32,000 bases of DNA from Pseudoalteromonas tetraodonis. Lineage in GTDB: Bacteria; Pseudomonadota; Gammaproteobacteria; Enterobacterales; Alteromonadaceae. A program made the position numbers and the translations under genes. Numbering within the stretch: position 1 is the stretch's first letter; each line of letters opens with the position of its first letter. Below are positions 7,911-17,183 of the stretch, piece after piece. The stretch spans positions 1,920,001 through 1,952,000 of the forward strand of contig NZ_CP011041.1 in assembly GCF_002310835.1 (NCBI RefSeq), given 5' to 3'. Under the pieces are notes generated by a model that was given only the letters and a program-made list of their open reading frames with translations, was not told the origin of the DNA and did no database searches.

Positions 7911-8327
7911 CTAAGCTAACGCGGTTACAAGCTTGCCTTTTTCATGCGTAGGTTGCATGGCCATTCGATCAGTGCCTTTTTCGTATTCTTGCTCCAGCAT
8001 TTTTTGTAACTCTGCAAGCTGCTCTTTAATGGTGTCTATATCAGCACCTTGCTCTTGAAGTTTTTCTGCCAATGCTTCGATTGCTGCTTTTAACTCAGCA
8101 ATTTTTTCTTTATCAACTCCTAATCGTTGATAGATAAGCGCCTCTTGCGCATTTTCTAAAAAGCTTTTGTCTTGTGGCTTAGCGCTTGCGATTTGCGTTT
8201 GTTCGCTATCGCTGGTTTTAGCTGTTGCCGCAGGGCCAGAAGTTGCCGCTACTTCGTCAGCTTTTGCCGGTTTATTTATTGTACTAACATAAGTACTATA
8301 TTGATTTTTAAAGGTTATTGATGTCAT
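7911..8327 (-). CDS. Hypothetical acidic protein with low-complexity N-terminal half and coiled-coil C-terminal half
   Basis: 138-aa ORF. The Ala/Thr/Ser-rich N-terminal part and the heptad-like EKIAELKAAIEALAEKLQEQGADIDTIKEQLAELQKMLEQEYEK match no family I recognise. Weak RBS. Confidence 0.45.
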   Translation of the reverse strand: MTSITFKNQYSTYVSTINKPAKADEVAATSGPAATAKTSDSEQTQIASAKPQDKSFLENAQEALIYQRLGVDKEKIAELKAAIEALAEKLQEQGADIDTIKEQLAELQKMLEQEYEKGTDRMAMQPTHEKGKLVTALA

Positions 8328-8452
8328 CAGCTCAAATCCATTTTTGCGTTAAAATATCTATCTTTAACTATTTTCACTTAGATACTTGTATGTGAATAAC
8401 TACAGCAACTTTAATACCAACTTATATTTGTTATTCGCTTCGCTTTAACTCT

Positions 8453-9397
8453 TTATTTTAAATTAAGCCCATTTAGCTCATTACGCACCCATTGCTTATC
8501 GAGATATTGCTCTAAATTCAGCTGGGCAAATTTTAAAAAGCTGCGCGCAGCATGAGAAATATGCCTGTCTGTGCGCACTACAAAATACCAATGGCTGGCT
8601 AAGCAGGTGTCGGTTACATTGAGCACTTTAAAACTGTTATCGCCTTTTGGTAATACATGATGGGAAAGCACAGCAATCCCCATTCCAGAGGAAACAGCAA
8701 CTCGTATGGCTTCGTTACTGGCCATTTGCACACTATCACTAAGGACTAAACCACGGCTTTGTAATTCGCTTTCAAAAAGCATACGCGTAGCAGAGCCTGG
8801 CTCTCTTAATAAAAATCGATATGGCATTAAATCAGCTAATGTTAATGCTTTTACATCGGCAAGCGGATGATCAAGCGGCACAATAAAGACCAATGGGTTA
8901 TGTAAAAAACGCGCGGCTTGGGCATGTTCAAGTGATGGTGGGTGGCTAAACACATAAATGTCGTCTTCTCCACGCTCAAAACGCGCTAACACTGCAGAGC
9001 GGTTGCCAATTTCCAATGGCAGCTCGACATGGGGATGGGCATTACTGTAAGGCCCAAGTAACTTAGGCAAAATATATTGTGCAGTGTTTACCATGGCAAT
9101 TTTACAGCGCCCGCGCTCCCCGCCTTTAAGCTCGGCTAAATAGTCTTGGTAATCATCAAAGTGCCCAAACACTTGCTCACAAGTTCTAAATAATTGTAAG
9201 CCAGCCTCGGTAACCTGTAATTTTTGCTGTTGCATAACAATTAAAGGCTCATTAACGGCTTCTTGTAAGCGCTTAATTTGCAAAGAAACGGTAGGCTGGG
9301 TTAAATGCAATTGCCGAGCTGTTTCGCTAATGGAGCCGGTTTTAACTACACTCATAAAGACTTCGAGTAGCCTAAACGATAGTTGCCTTATGTTCAT
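8453..9397 (-). CDS. LysR-family transcriptional regulator, CbbR/CmpR-like
   Basis: N-terminal wHTH (TGSISETARQLHLTQPTVSLQIKRLQEAV). Blocks GGERGRCKIAMVNTAQYILPKLLGPY and GEDDIYVFSHPP resemble CbbR/RbcR/CmpR-type LTTRs from memory. Divergent from the SbtA-like permease. Confidence 0.85.
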   Translation of the reverse strand: MNIRQLSFRLLEVFMSVVKTGSISETARQLHLTQPTVSLQIKRLQEAVNEPLIVMQQQKLQVTEAGLQLFRTCEQVFGHFDDYQDYLAELKGGERGRCKIAMVNTAQYILPKLLGPYSNAHPHVELPLEIGNRSAVLARFERGEDDIYVFSHPPSLEHAQAARFLHNPLVFIVPLDHPLADVKALTLADLMPYRFLLREPGSATRMLFESELQSRGLVLSDSVQMASNEAIRVAVSSGMGIAVLSHHVLPKGDNSFKVLNVTDTCLASHWYFVVRTDRHISHAARSFLKFAQLNLEQYLDKQWVRNELNGLNLK

Positions 9398-9407
9398 TAT
9401 TCACCTC

Positions 9408-9423
9408 ATAGATTTTTATCTAT
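9408..9423. promoter_or_regulatory. Candidate LTTR dyad in the divergent promoter region
   Basis: ATAGATTTTTATCTAT has arms ATAGAT/ATCTAT and sits 11 bp upstream of the regulator start codon. Confidence 0.3.
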
Positions 9424-9521
9424 AAGATACTATCATTCATTTTATTATTTACTATACAAAGATAGGCTTACAATAGCGCCGCTTAACAAATTGAGTAACT
9501 AATAACAAAAAGGAGAACAGT

Positions 9522-10469
9522 GTGCCTGATATCGTCGTAATGTTTTTTATTCTAGGATTAGTGGCGGGGATTTTACGTTCTGATTTAGCAATACCTAAAG
9601 CCACTTATGACACACTAAGTCTATTGTTAATGCTCACCATAGGGTTAAAAGGTGGCATGGTGCTGCATGGTAACTTAAGCTGGCAACTTCTTCCTGAAAT
9701 GGCCTCGGTTATGTTACTCGGTGGTCTTATTCCCCTTACTCTTTACCCTATTTTAAAATATGTTGTTAGACTCAGTGTGGCCAATAGCGCCAGTATTGCT
9801 GCGCATTATGGCTCGGTAAGCGCAGGTACCTTTGCAGTTGCATTGGCTTATGCAGAGTCAGCTAAATTAGAGGTAGGTGCTGAGGTTACACTGTATTTAG
9901 TGATGCTCGAATTACCTGCCATTATTGTCGGTTTAATGCTGTATCGTAAACTCGACAAACAACATAGCCAAAGTAATACACTGTCACTCAAAGCGCTTTG
10001 GCACGAAACACTTACTAACAAAAGCGTGATTTTGTTAGTTGGCGGTGTGATCATCGGAATGATGTATGGCACACAGCAAGGCAGTCAAGTAACCAGTCTT
10101 TTAACCAGTAGTTTTAAAGTAGTACTGGCATTGTTTTTACTTGAAATGGGTTTAGTGGCTGCGCAAACTCTGCGCCCATTTCCTTGGCAGCATTGGAGAC
10201 TCGCTGCATTTGCTATTATTACTCCGCTATTTTTAGGTACTATCGGCGTGGCTGTAGGCACACTATTAAAATTAGAATTAGGCTCGGTGGTGATACTCGG
10301 TAGTTTAGTGGCTAGTGCGTCTTATATTGCAGCCCCTGCGGCAATTAAAGCAGCCGTTCCCAAGGCTGATATTGGCCTAGCTATGCTCAGCTCTTTAGGG
10401 GTAACGTTTCCGTTTAATGTGATTGTTGGTATTGGTTTGTACCATAAGCTTGCGCTTGCCATGCACTAA
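9522..10469 (+). CDS. Sodium-dependent bicarbonate transport family permease (SbtA-like)
   Basis: GTG start 6 nt after AGGAG. The N-terminus FFILGLVAGILRSDLAIPKATYDTLSLLLMLTIGLKGG matches the remembered SbtA-family signature; about 10 transmembrane segments. Confidence 0.75.
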   Translation: MPDIVVMFFILGLVAGILRSDLAIPKATYDTLSLLLMLTIGLKGGMVLHGNLSWQLLPEMASVMLLGGLIPLTLYPILKYVVRLSVANSASIAAHYGSVSAGTFAVALAYAESAKLEVGAEVTLYLVMLELPAIIVGLMLYRKLDKQHSQSNTLSLKALWHETLTNKSVILLVGGVIIGMMYGTQQGSQVTSLLTSSFKVVLALFLLEMGLVAAQTLRPFPWQHWRLAAFAIITPLFLGTIGVAVGTLLKLELGSVVILGSLVASASYIAAPAAIKAAVPKADIGLAMLSSLGVTFPFNVIVGIGLYHKLALAMH

Positions 10470-10483
10470 AATAAACACCAATA

Positions 10484-10509
10484 AAGCCCAACATGGGCTT
10501 GTATTTTTT
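10484..10509 (+). terminator. Rho-independent terminator
   Basis: AAGCCCA (10484-10490), loop ACA, TGGGCTT (10494-10500), then GTATTTTTT. Confidence 0.75.
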
Positions 10510-10785
10510 AACTATGCCCCGCCATTACTAAGTTATTACCCTCTTTAAAAACTCAACAAATATAAAACAAAAACGCTAACTTATTTCTACAATCAGATTG
10601 CAATTAAGCGATTAGTTTACGTAAAAAAACATTTTAAAAATTATTTTGATTGAGCAATTAAAAAACACTTTACTTGGTATAAAAAGCAGCATAAATTCGC
10701 AGCCAAATTAATCTGCTTCAAATAATCGCGCCACTATCACACCTAAATCAGCAATTATTTAAACCCTTTTTATCGGAATAATCTA

Positions 10786-11955
10786 ATGGTGGAACTTGCC
10801 GCTAATAGTAAATCAAATAATCCTTTAGCCCCTGTTATTGGTTTATCTTTTTTTGCTATTGCTTCGGGCTTTTTAATGAGCCTGATCCCGTTATCACTGA
10901 GTGCTTTTAAGTTAAGTATTGATCTTGCGCCTTGGCTTGCCAGCGTCTTTTATTTTGGTTTACTTATTGGCGCGCTGTGTATTGAGCGTGTGGTAGTAAA
11001 AATTGGCCATCGTGTGGCATTTATCGCATTTTTAATGTTGCTGATCATCAGTGTTATTGCACAGATCATTTCCCCTACAGCCACAATGTGGTTAATTGCG
11101 CGCTTTGTTGCTGGTATTGCTGTTGCGGGAGTATTTGTAGTGGTTGAGTCGTGGTTGTTAATGGCGAATACACCTAAGGCGCGAGCTAAACGCTTAGGTT
11201 TATATATGACCTCTTTATATGGTGGCAGCGCTGTGGGGCAATTAGCAATCACACCGCTTGGCACTGAAGGTGCCGTACCGTATTTATTTGTCGTGGCCCT
11301 TTTGGCGTTGGCTATTTTAGCACCATTATTAATTACCACAGGCCAACCTAATGCTCAGCAATTACAAAAGCTGCCACTTAAAGAGTTAAAAACTCTCAGC
11401 CGCCCTGCTATTTTAGGCTGTTTAGTATCAGGATTATTACTAGGCCCTATTTACGGGTTATTACCTGTTTATATAGCCGCGCAAACTGATCAAGCCCAAT
11501 ATACCGGCTTACTTATGGCGGTGATTATTTTAGGTGGCATGCTGGTGCAACCTTTAGTGAGTTATTTATCAACCCGTATTATAAAAAGCTTACTTATGGC
11601 TATTTTTTGTTTTGTTGGTGCTGCCAGCGTAATGGGAATATTAAACGCGCATAGCTTTGGTGGATTAGTTGTAAGTTACTTTGTATTAGGTGCGTGTAGT
11701 TTTGCACTTTATCCGATTGCAATTACTTTAGCGTGCGACTCCTTACCTATGGCAAAAATAGTGTCAGCAACTGAAATAATGCTGCTCAGCTACAGTGTTG
11801 GCTCTGTATTAGGCCCGTTGTTGGCAACGCATTTTTCTGATGCAAGCCATGGTGTGCTTATTTATTTAGGTGGTTGTTTAATTACCACCTGTATTTATAT
11901 GCTCATAAAAAGTATGAAAAAAATACCCACAGGTAACACCCCTGTTGCAGGTTAA
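10786..11955 (+). CDS. MFS transporter
   Basis: 389 aa with about 12 hydrophobic helices in a 6+6 layout and a central loop (GQPNAQQLQKLPLKELKTLSRP). Substrate not inferable. Confidence 0.85.
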   Translation: MVELAANSKSNNPLAPVIGLSFFAIASGFLMSLIPLSLSAFKLSIDLAPWLASVFYFGLLIGALCIERVVVKIGHRVAFIAFLMLLIISVIAQIISPTATMWLIARFVAGIAVAGVFVVVESWLLMANTPKARAKRLGLYMTSLYGGSAVGQLAITPLGTEGAVPYLFVVALLALAILAPLLITTGQPNAQQLQKLPLKELKTLSRPAILGCLVSGLLLGPIYGLLPVYIAAQTDQAQYTGLLMAVIILGGMLVQPLVSYLSTRIIKSLLMAIFCFVGAASVMGILNAHSFGGLVVSYFVLGACSFALYPIAITLACDSLPMAKIVSATEIMLLSYSVGSVLGPLLATHFSDASHGVLIYLGGCLITTCIYMLIKSMKKIPTGNTPVAG

Positions 11956-11963
11956 TTAACGCG

Positions 11964-12005
11964 ATAAACCGCTTAAGCTTATTCGTTTGCCACTAAGCGG
12001 TTTAT
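11964..12005. terminator. Hairpin at a convergent junction (bidirectional terminator candidate)
   Basis: ATAAACCGCTTA (11964-11975) pairs with TAAGCGGTTTAT (11994-12005) across an 18-nt loop. It overlaps the helD stop codon. Confidence 0.55.
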
Positions 12006-14125
12006 ACCTGCGCTACCACTTTACTAGCTATGTTTTTTAACTCTTTTAGCTCAATTTGATACTCGTTTATGAGCTCGTCAACAAAACAGCTGCGGTTGTT
12101 GTCATCACTTATGATAAACACCTTGTGTTTAGCACGAGTGAGCGCCACATAAAATAAGCGTCGCTCTTCGCTATGGGCATACAAATCTTTAGCGGGTAAG
12201 AGAGCTTCTAACATTGCAGGCGATGGCTTAGTGCTCGGAAATCCAAATTGCCCGCCATGCATACCTAATATAACTACATAATCGGCTTCTTTACCCTTTG
12301 AACCATGAAAGGTATCACACTCAATTTGTAATGAAGAAAAGGTGTGCTGCAAGGCGTTAATATCGGCTTTAGTAGGTAGCTGAAAGCGATACCGCGCCAG
12401 TAAATACACAATAGCGGGCTTATTTGTGTTGATAGCGCCAAGTACATGGTCAAGTGCCCCATTATTTAGCTCAGCTATTTTTGTATTTTTGCTTGAGACA
12501 ACATTCGCTGTTTTTAATACGCTAATAGCGGGCTTTGTCACTTGTGATAACGAGTTAATTTGCTTAGCTAACTGGGCAGGGTTTTTCATGATAAAACATG
12601 AAGCAACCTCACTAATTTTATTATTAAAACGAAACGTAACATCCAGTATGGTTTGTGTGGTAAAACCAAAATGTGCGGCAAATTCTGTGGTCAGGCGCAT
12701 ATCAGCACCACTAAAACGGTAAATAGCTTGCCAGTCATCGCCTACTACAAACAATGAGCTTCTAGGCTTACTATCGCGCAGCGCTTTAACCAGCGCCGCA
12801 CGCGTATGCGATATATCTTGAAATTCATCAACCATGATATAACGCCAAGATGATATAAACTTTCCTGTATTAACATAATCGAGGGCTTTGAGGATCATAT
12901 CGTCAAAGTCTATTTCACCTTGAGTATGTAAATAATGGTTATAGTTGGCTAATAATGGCTTTAATAATTTCCAAGCCTGCTGTATCTGCTTTGAATCGTT
13001 CTCAAGCGTTATATTTGCTGTTTTATACACGCTAATTAATTGACTAAATAAAGTCGCTAACTTGGTTAAATAACCGCCAGCTTTTATCTCTTGTAGAAGC
13101 GCTATATGATTAGGCTTTGCAGTGCTTAATTCAAACCCACTTTTAACGTCATTAAGATTGTTATTTATATAGTTTACCAATGCTTTAGCATACTGTGGCT
13201 TAGCATTAGCAAGCGATTCAAAACACGCTTCAACCCATTTTATTTTAGCTTTTTCGTTTTCAGCAAGTTTAGATATTTTAGGCGTTTTTCTCTCAACCTC
13301 ACTAATAATTGTTAAACCTAAGCTGTGAAAAGTGGCGGTTTTTATAGCCTGTGTATTCAGCTTAGCTTTAATACGTTCGTCCATTTCACTGGCAGCTTGC
13401 TTACCATAGGCGAGTAATAAAATATCATCGTAATTAGCTTGCTCACTGTTAACTAAATAGCCCGCTCGCGCCACCATTACACTGGTTTTACCTGTGCCGG
13501 CTCCGGCTAATACGAGGTTATTATCGTCATCGATAATGCATGCCCGTCTTTGCTTCTCAGTAAGTGGGTTTGCTTCAACGTTATCGAAAAAACCAGCATA
13601 ACGCTGCAACTGTGTCTGTGTGTATTTATGCTGTAAAAAGCGAGTCAATGGATCGCTCCACTGACTATATTGTTCGAGCAGTTTTATTTGCGTGCTAACA
13701 ACAGCCAATGCCTCACTCTTTTTTATCCAAGGTAACCAGCGGTTGTATTGTTGTTTAACGCGCTGTTTTATATCTGCCACATAGGATTGACGCAAAAATT
13801 GATGATGTGCAAATTGGTTAATATTTTCTAGCAGCTCATTTAATGGTTCAATATTATTATTGACCCATAGCTGATCCGTCTTGGCTTTAAGTATTCGGTG
13901 ACTGCCATAAGCCCTCATCCACACTCGATACTGCCCAGACTGTGTTGAAAAACGTAGTGTTTGTCCAAGCACCCCATATTCATAACAAATAGGCGAGGTT
14001 AAATCGCACCAATTCAGTGTATCTGTGTGCTTTTTGTTGTTAATGACTAAACCTTGTTGATTAATATCAACAGCGAGGTGTGGGGTAAACAGACGGCCAA
14101 ATACGCTGGGGAAAATAGAATTCAT
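12002..14125 (-). CDS. helD: DNA helicase IV (UvrD/Rep superfamily 1)
   Basis: Collinear with E. coli HelD as I remember it: an N-terminal HelD-specific domain, Walker A LVLAGAGTGKTSV, VDEFQDIS, VGDDWQAIYRFSGA, and C-terminal ERRLFYVALTRAKHKV. ATG at 14125 (MNSIFPSVFGRL...) is preferred over the track start at 14158. Confidence 0.9.
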   Translation of the reverse strand: MNSIFPSVFGRLFTPHLAVDINQQGLVINNKKHTDTLNWCDLTSPICYEYGVLGQTLRFSTQSGQYRVWMRAYGSHRILKAKTDQLWVNNNIEPLNELLENINQFAHHQFLRQSYVADIKQRVKQQYNRWLPWIKKSEALAVVSTQIKLLEQYSQWSDPLTRFLQHKYTQTQLQRYAGFFDNVEANPLTEKQRRACIIDDDNNLVLAGAGTGKTSVMVARAGYLVNSEQANYDDILLLAYGKQAASEMDERIKAKLNTQAIKTATFHSLGLTIISEVERKTPKISKLAENEKAKIKWVEACFESLANAKPQYAKALVNYINNNLNDVKSGFELSTAKPNHIALLQEIKAGGYLTKLATLFSQLISVYKTANITLENDSKQIQQAWKLLKPLLANYNHYLHTQGEIDFDDMILKALDYVNTGKFISSWRYIMVDEFQDISHTRAALVKALRDSKPRSSLFVVGDDWQAIYRFSGADMRLTTEFAAHFGFTTQTILDVTFRFNNKISEVASCFIMKNPAQLAKQINSLSQVTKPAISVLKTANVVSSKNTKIAELNNGALDHVLGAINTNKPAIVYLLARYRFQLPTKADINALQHTFSSLQIECDTFHGSKGKEADYVVILGMHGGQFGFPSTKPSPAMLEALLPAKDLYAHSEERRLFYVALTRAKHKVFIISDDNNRSCFVDELINEYQIELKELKNIASKVVAQV

Positions 14126-14225
14126 TAACAGCAGAATTCCTTTATAAAAATGAACCAATTAACGCTATTTTAAGGTAATACGCGCTGTAAGGATAATAAA
14201 TCTGGCGGTAAAATTTTCAACGCGT

Positions 14226-14252
14226 TAAAGTTGGACAAAAAACAACCAATCA
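14226..14252 (+). promoter_or_regulatory. Candidate sigma-28 (FliA) type promoter for the MCP gene
   Basis: TAAAGTTG-N11-ACCAATCA compared with the consensus TAAAGTTT-N11-GCCGATAA. The -35 element is good and the -10 matches 5/8. It lies about 80 nt upstream of the ATG. Confidence 0.3.
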
Positions 14253-14331
14253 ATTTATCCATTTCCTTGGCATAACTCCCTATTGTGACTAATATTTACT
14301 CTACATACAGTGATTTAACAAGGATTGAAAC

Positions 14332-16374
14332 ATGCGAATTAACTCAATTAGAACCAAAGTTATTTTACCTATTGCTTTTTTAGCACTGATCCTTGCAGGT
14401 TTACTTGTATCAATTGCATCAATTACTTACATACAAGACAACGCGATGAAAAGGCAAACCGAAACCTTTTTTGAAGCCGTTACCGTTATTTTAAATGCTG
14501 ACAGAGACATATACCAAGCACGTATTGCACTGGAAAATCTACTCAGTGCCACAGGCGATAATGAGACCAATAAAGCAGAGTTTTTAGAAAACGCTGAACA
14601 AGTCAAAGACCGCTTCAACAAATACTTAACGTACTTAAAAGATGAACGAGCACTATTGTCAAAACATGACTCTTTTTCTCGTTTTGCGCCTTTATACAAT
14701 CAATGGCTAGACCACAGTAAAACGTTAATGGATTCGAGTCACTCACAAAGTAAAATGCAAAGTGATTTGAATCAAACTGAATCTGAATTTTTACAAATAC
14801 GAGAAATGATGGATCAAGCAGGTGAAGAGCTTCGCATCCATACCAATAAACAGCAGCAAGATAAAGTCGGCTCAGAGTTATTAAGTCGCTATGTAGAAGC
14901 AATGGCCGAGGTGCTCAATGCAGATAGAGATATATACCAAGCTCGACTAGCAAAACAAAAAATTGTAAACCAACATGGCGAATTGGCACAAAACCAAAAA
15001 CTATTTGAAGAAAATGCAGCTCAGGTTATTCGTCGTTTTAATAGTTACCGCAGCTACTTAATTGATGAGCCACAACTGACACAAAAATACGCTAATTTTG
15101 ATCAACTTTATCAACAGTGGTACGAGAAAGGAAAAGCGTTAGTTTACTCAAGTTCGGCTAATCAAATAGCCTTAATTGATGATAATTTAGCGCAAGCAGA
15201 TAAAAGCTTTAATGAATTGAGAGAAATACTTGATATAGCGGGCGAAGAAGCGCGAACCTATGCTCGAAAAGTAAAACATGAAGTGCAAGCTAGTATTCAA
15301 CTTTTTGAAAAAATTGTGTTTGTTATCATTATTATTGCCTTTATTGTTGCTTTAGCTGTGGGTTATTACATCCCTAAAAAACTCACCGACAATATAAATA
15401 ATATTACTCTACGAATCCAAGAAATTGCCGCTGGTGATGGTGATTTAACGCAAAGAATTAATACTACATCACATGACGAGCTCGGTGAGCTGAGTAATGA
15501 GTTTGATAACTTTTTAGCGCACCTGCAGCAAATAATAAAAAACATTCAGCAGCAATCCATTCAACTAGGTACTGTGACCGGCGATCTTAATAATGTCTCT
15601 GATACCGCGATGGACGTGACCCAGCAACTTGCTAATGCGTCTGACTCTATTGTAAGCGCTGGTCATGAAATGGATATGGCAAACCAGCAAATGGCTGAGC
15701 TGGCTAAAAATACCGCCCACGAAGCTGATATTTCTAGCGAGCAGGTACAACAAGGAGTTCAAGCCATTGATGTATCGAGTAAAGCAATTGAAGATTTAAT
15801 CAATGATATTCAATCGGCTTTATCAAACTCTATTGAATTAGAAAGCAGCTCAACCGATATTACGTCTGTACTTGAGGTCATTAGAAATATTGCCGAACAA
15901 ACTAACTTATTAGCGTTAAATGCCGCGATTGAGGCCGCCAGAGCTGGCGAGCAAGGCCGTGGGTTTGCCGTTGTCGCTGATGAGGTTAGAACGTTGGCTA
16001 CTCGCACACAACAAAGCACCGATGAAATAGATACAATGATCCAACGCTTAAATAACAATGTAAAAGCGTCATCAGATTCTATTAAAAACAGTCAAACAAA
16101 TGCTAATGCCACACTCAGTAATTTTGATGCCGTTATTAGTATTTTTAGCAACCTAACTCACGCCTTTGAAAAAGTGCAGCAAATGTCGGCCGAAACCGCA
16201 CAAGCAACACAAGAACAATCCCATGTAGCAAACGAGATTAATAGAAATTTGGTATCGTTAAAAGAACAGTCAGCACAAATGAAACAAATCTCTGAGCAAA
16301 CAACATTGCAGTCAAAAAATGTATCAGCGCTTTACAAGCAAATGAAATCGCAAGTAGATAGCTTTAAGGTATAG
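14332..16374 (+). CDS. Methyl-accepting chemotaxis protein with a duplicated helical periplasmic sensor, HAMP and MA domains
   Basis: Transmembrane helices at aa 10-32 and 327-346, a HAMP region ([24 protein letters not shown]), and the signalling hairpin [35 protein letters not shown]. Confidence 0.95.
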   Translation: MRINSIRTKVILPIAFLALILAGLLVSIASITYIQDNAMKRQTETFFEAVTVILNADRDIYQARIALENLLSATGDNETNKAEFLENAEQVKDRFNKYLTYLKDERALLSKHDSFSRFAPLYNQWLDHSKTLMDSSHSQSKMQSDLNQTESEFLQIREMMDQAGEELRIHTNKQQQDKVGSELLSRYVEAMAEVLNADRDIYQARLAKQKIVNQHGELAQNQKLFEENAAQVIRRFNSYRSYLIDEPQLTQKYANFDQLYQQWYEKGKALVYSSSANQIALIDDNLAQADKSFNELREILDIAGEEARTYARKVKHEVQASIQLFEKIVFVIIIIAFIVALAVGYYIPKKLTDNINNITLRIQEIAAGDGDLTQRINTTSHDELGELSNEFDNFLAHLQQIIKNIQQQSIQLGTVTGDLNNVSDTAMDVTQQLANASDSIVSAGHEMDMANQQMAELAKNTAHEADISSEQVQQGVQAIDVSSKAIEDLINDIQSALSNSIELESSSTDITSVLEVIRNIAEQTNLLALNAAIEAARAGEQGRGFAVVADEVRTLATRTQQSTDEIDTMIQRLNNNVKASSDSIKNSQTNANATLSNFDAVISIFSNLTHAFEKVQQMSAETAQATQEQSHVANEINRNLVSLKEQSAQMKQISEQTTLQSKNVSALYKQMKSQVDSFKV

Positions 16375-16393
16375 TGCTGTATGTTTGTAAAAC

Positions 16394-16419
16394 AATGGCG
16401 CAGTGTTTACTGCGCCATT
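16394..16419. terminator. Hairpin between the convergent MCP and pirin genes
   Basis: AATGGCGCAGT (16394-16404), loop GTTT, ACTGCGCCATT (16409-16419). Confidence 0.6.
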
Positions 16420-16446
16420 AAGATAAACCCAACTAAGCCGAATAGC

Positions 16447-17154
16447 CTAGGCTAGTGTATCAATAATAATTATTTCACACTCTGTTGCTGCAGTTAGCGT
16501 GATAAAATCAGCATGAGTGACCTCAGCACCATCCCCTTTGTTCATGGTAATTACACTGTTTTTGTCATCTACAGTAAATGCACCATCAGATGCAAGTACA
16601 TAAGCTTGATGATCAATACGCTGAGTGATGGTGGTACCTTTTGCAAGCTTTCCACCATAAATGCGTGCTTGTTGATTGATAAATAAGGTGTTACCCGCAT
16701 CTTCTGCATAACCCGACACTAAAAGCGTAAGCTCGTTAGCTACGTCGGTCGGAAATTTTTTACTTTCCCAACGCGGCGGCACATCTTGTTTATTACTTTG
16801 AATCCAAATTTGATAAAAAGTAAGTGGCTCATTGGTACGATTATACTCAGAATGCACAATACCTGTGCCTGCACTCATTACCTGCACTTCACCTTGCTCG
16901 GTTATGCCTTTATTACCCATACTATCTTGATGAGTAATGGCACCACTGCGTATGAAACTAATAATTTCCATATTTTTGTGTGGATGAGCTCCAAATCCCA
17001 TTTCAGGTGCAACCCAATCATCATTAACAACGCGTAGTGTACCAAAGCCCATACGTGCCGGATTATAGTAATGTGCAAAACTAAAATGATGTTTAGATTT
17101 AAGCCAACCGTGATCGGCACTGCCTAAACTATTCTTTGGATAATGATTGATCAT
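16447..17154 (-). CDS. Pirin-family protein (YhaK/YhhW-like cupin)
   Basis: HPHKNMEIISFIRSGAITHQDSMGNKG...VQVMSAGTGIVHSE is the pirin N-terminal cupin signature; 235 aa. Confidence 0.9.
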   Translation of the reverse strand: MINHYPKNSLGSADHGWLKSKHHFSFAHYYNPARMGFGTLRVVNDDWVAPEMGFGAHPHKNMEIISFIRSGAITHQDSMGNKGITEQGEVQVMSAGTGIVHSEYNRTNEPLTFYQIWIQSNKQDVPPRWESKKFPTDVANELTLLVSGYAEDAGNTLFINQQARIYGGKLAKGTTITQRIDHQAYVLASDGAFTVDDKNSVITMNKGDGAEVTHADFITLTAATECEIIIIDTLA

Positions 17155-17183
17155 GGTCTTTCCTCAAAAAGAATAAACATTAA

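Noticed and set aside
12002-14158. A large UvrD-like helicase as a possible defence-system or novel-system component.
   Set aside because: It is collinear along its whole length with E. coli helicase IV (HelD), including the HelD-specific N-terminal domain. It has no nuclease, toxin or partner gene and is flanked by an MFS transporter and an MCP. It is a housekeeping orthologue.
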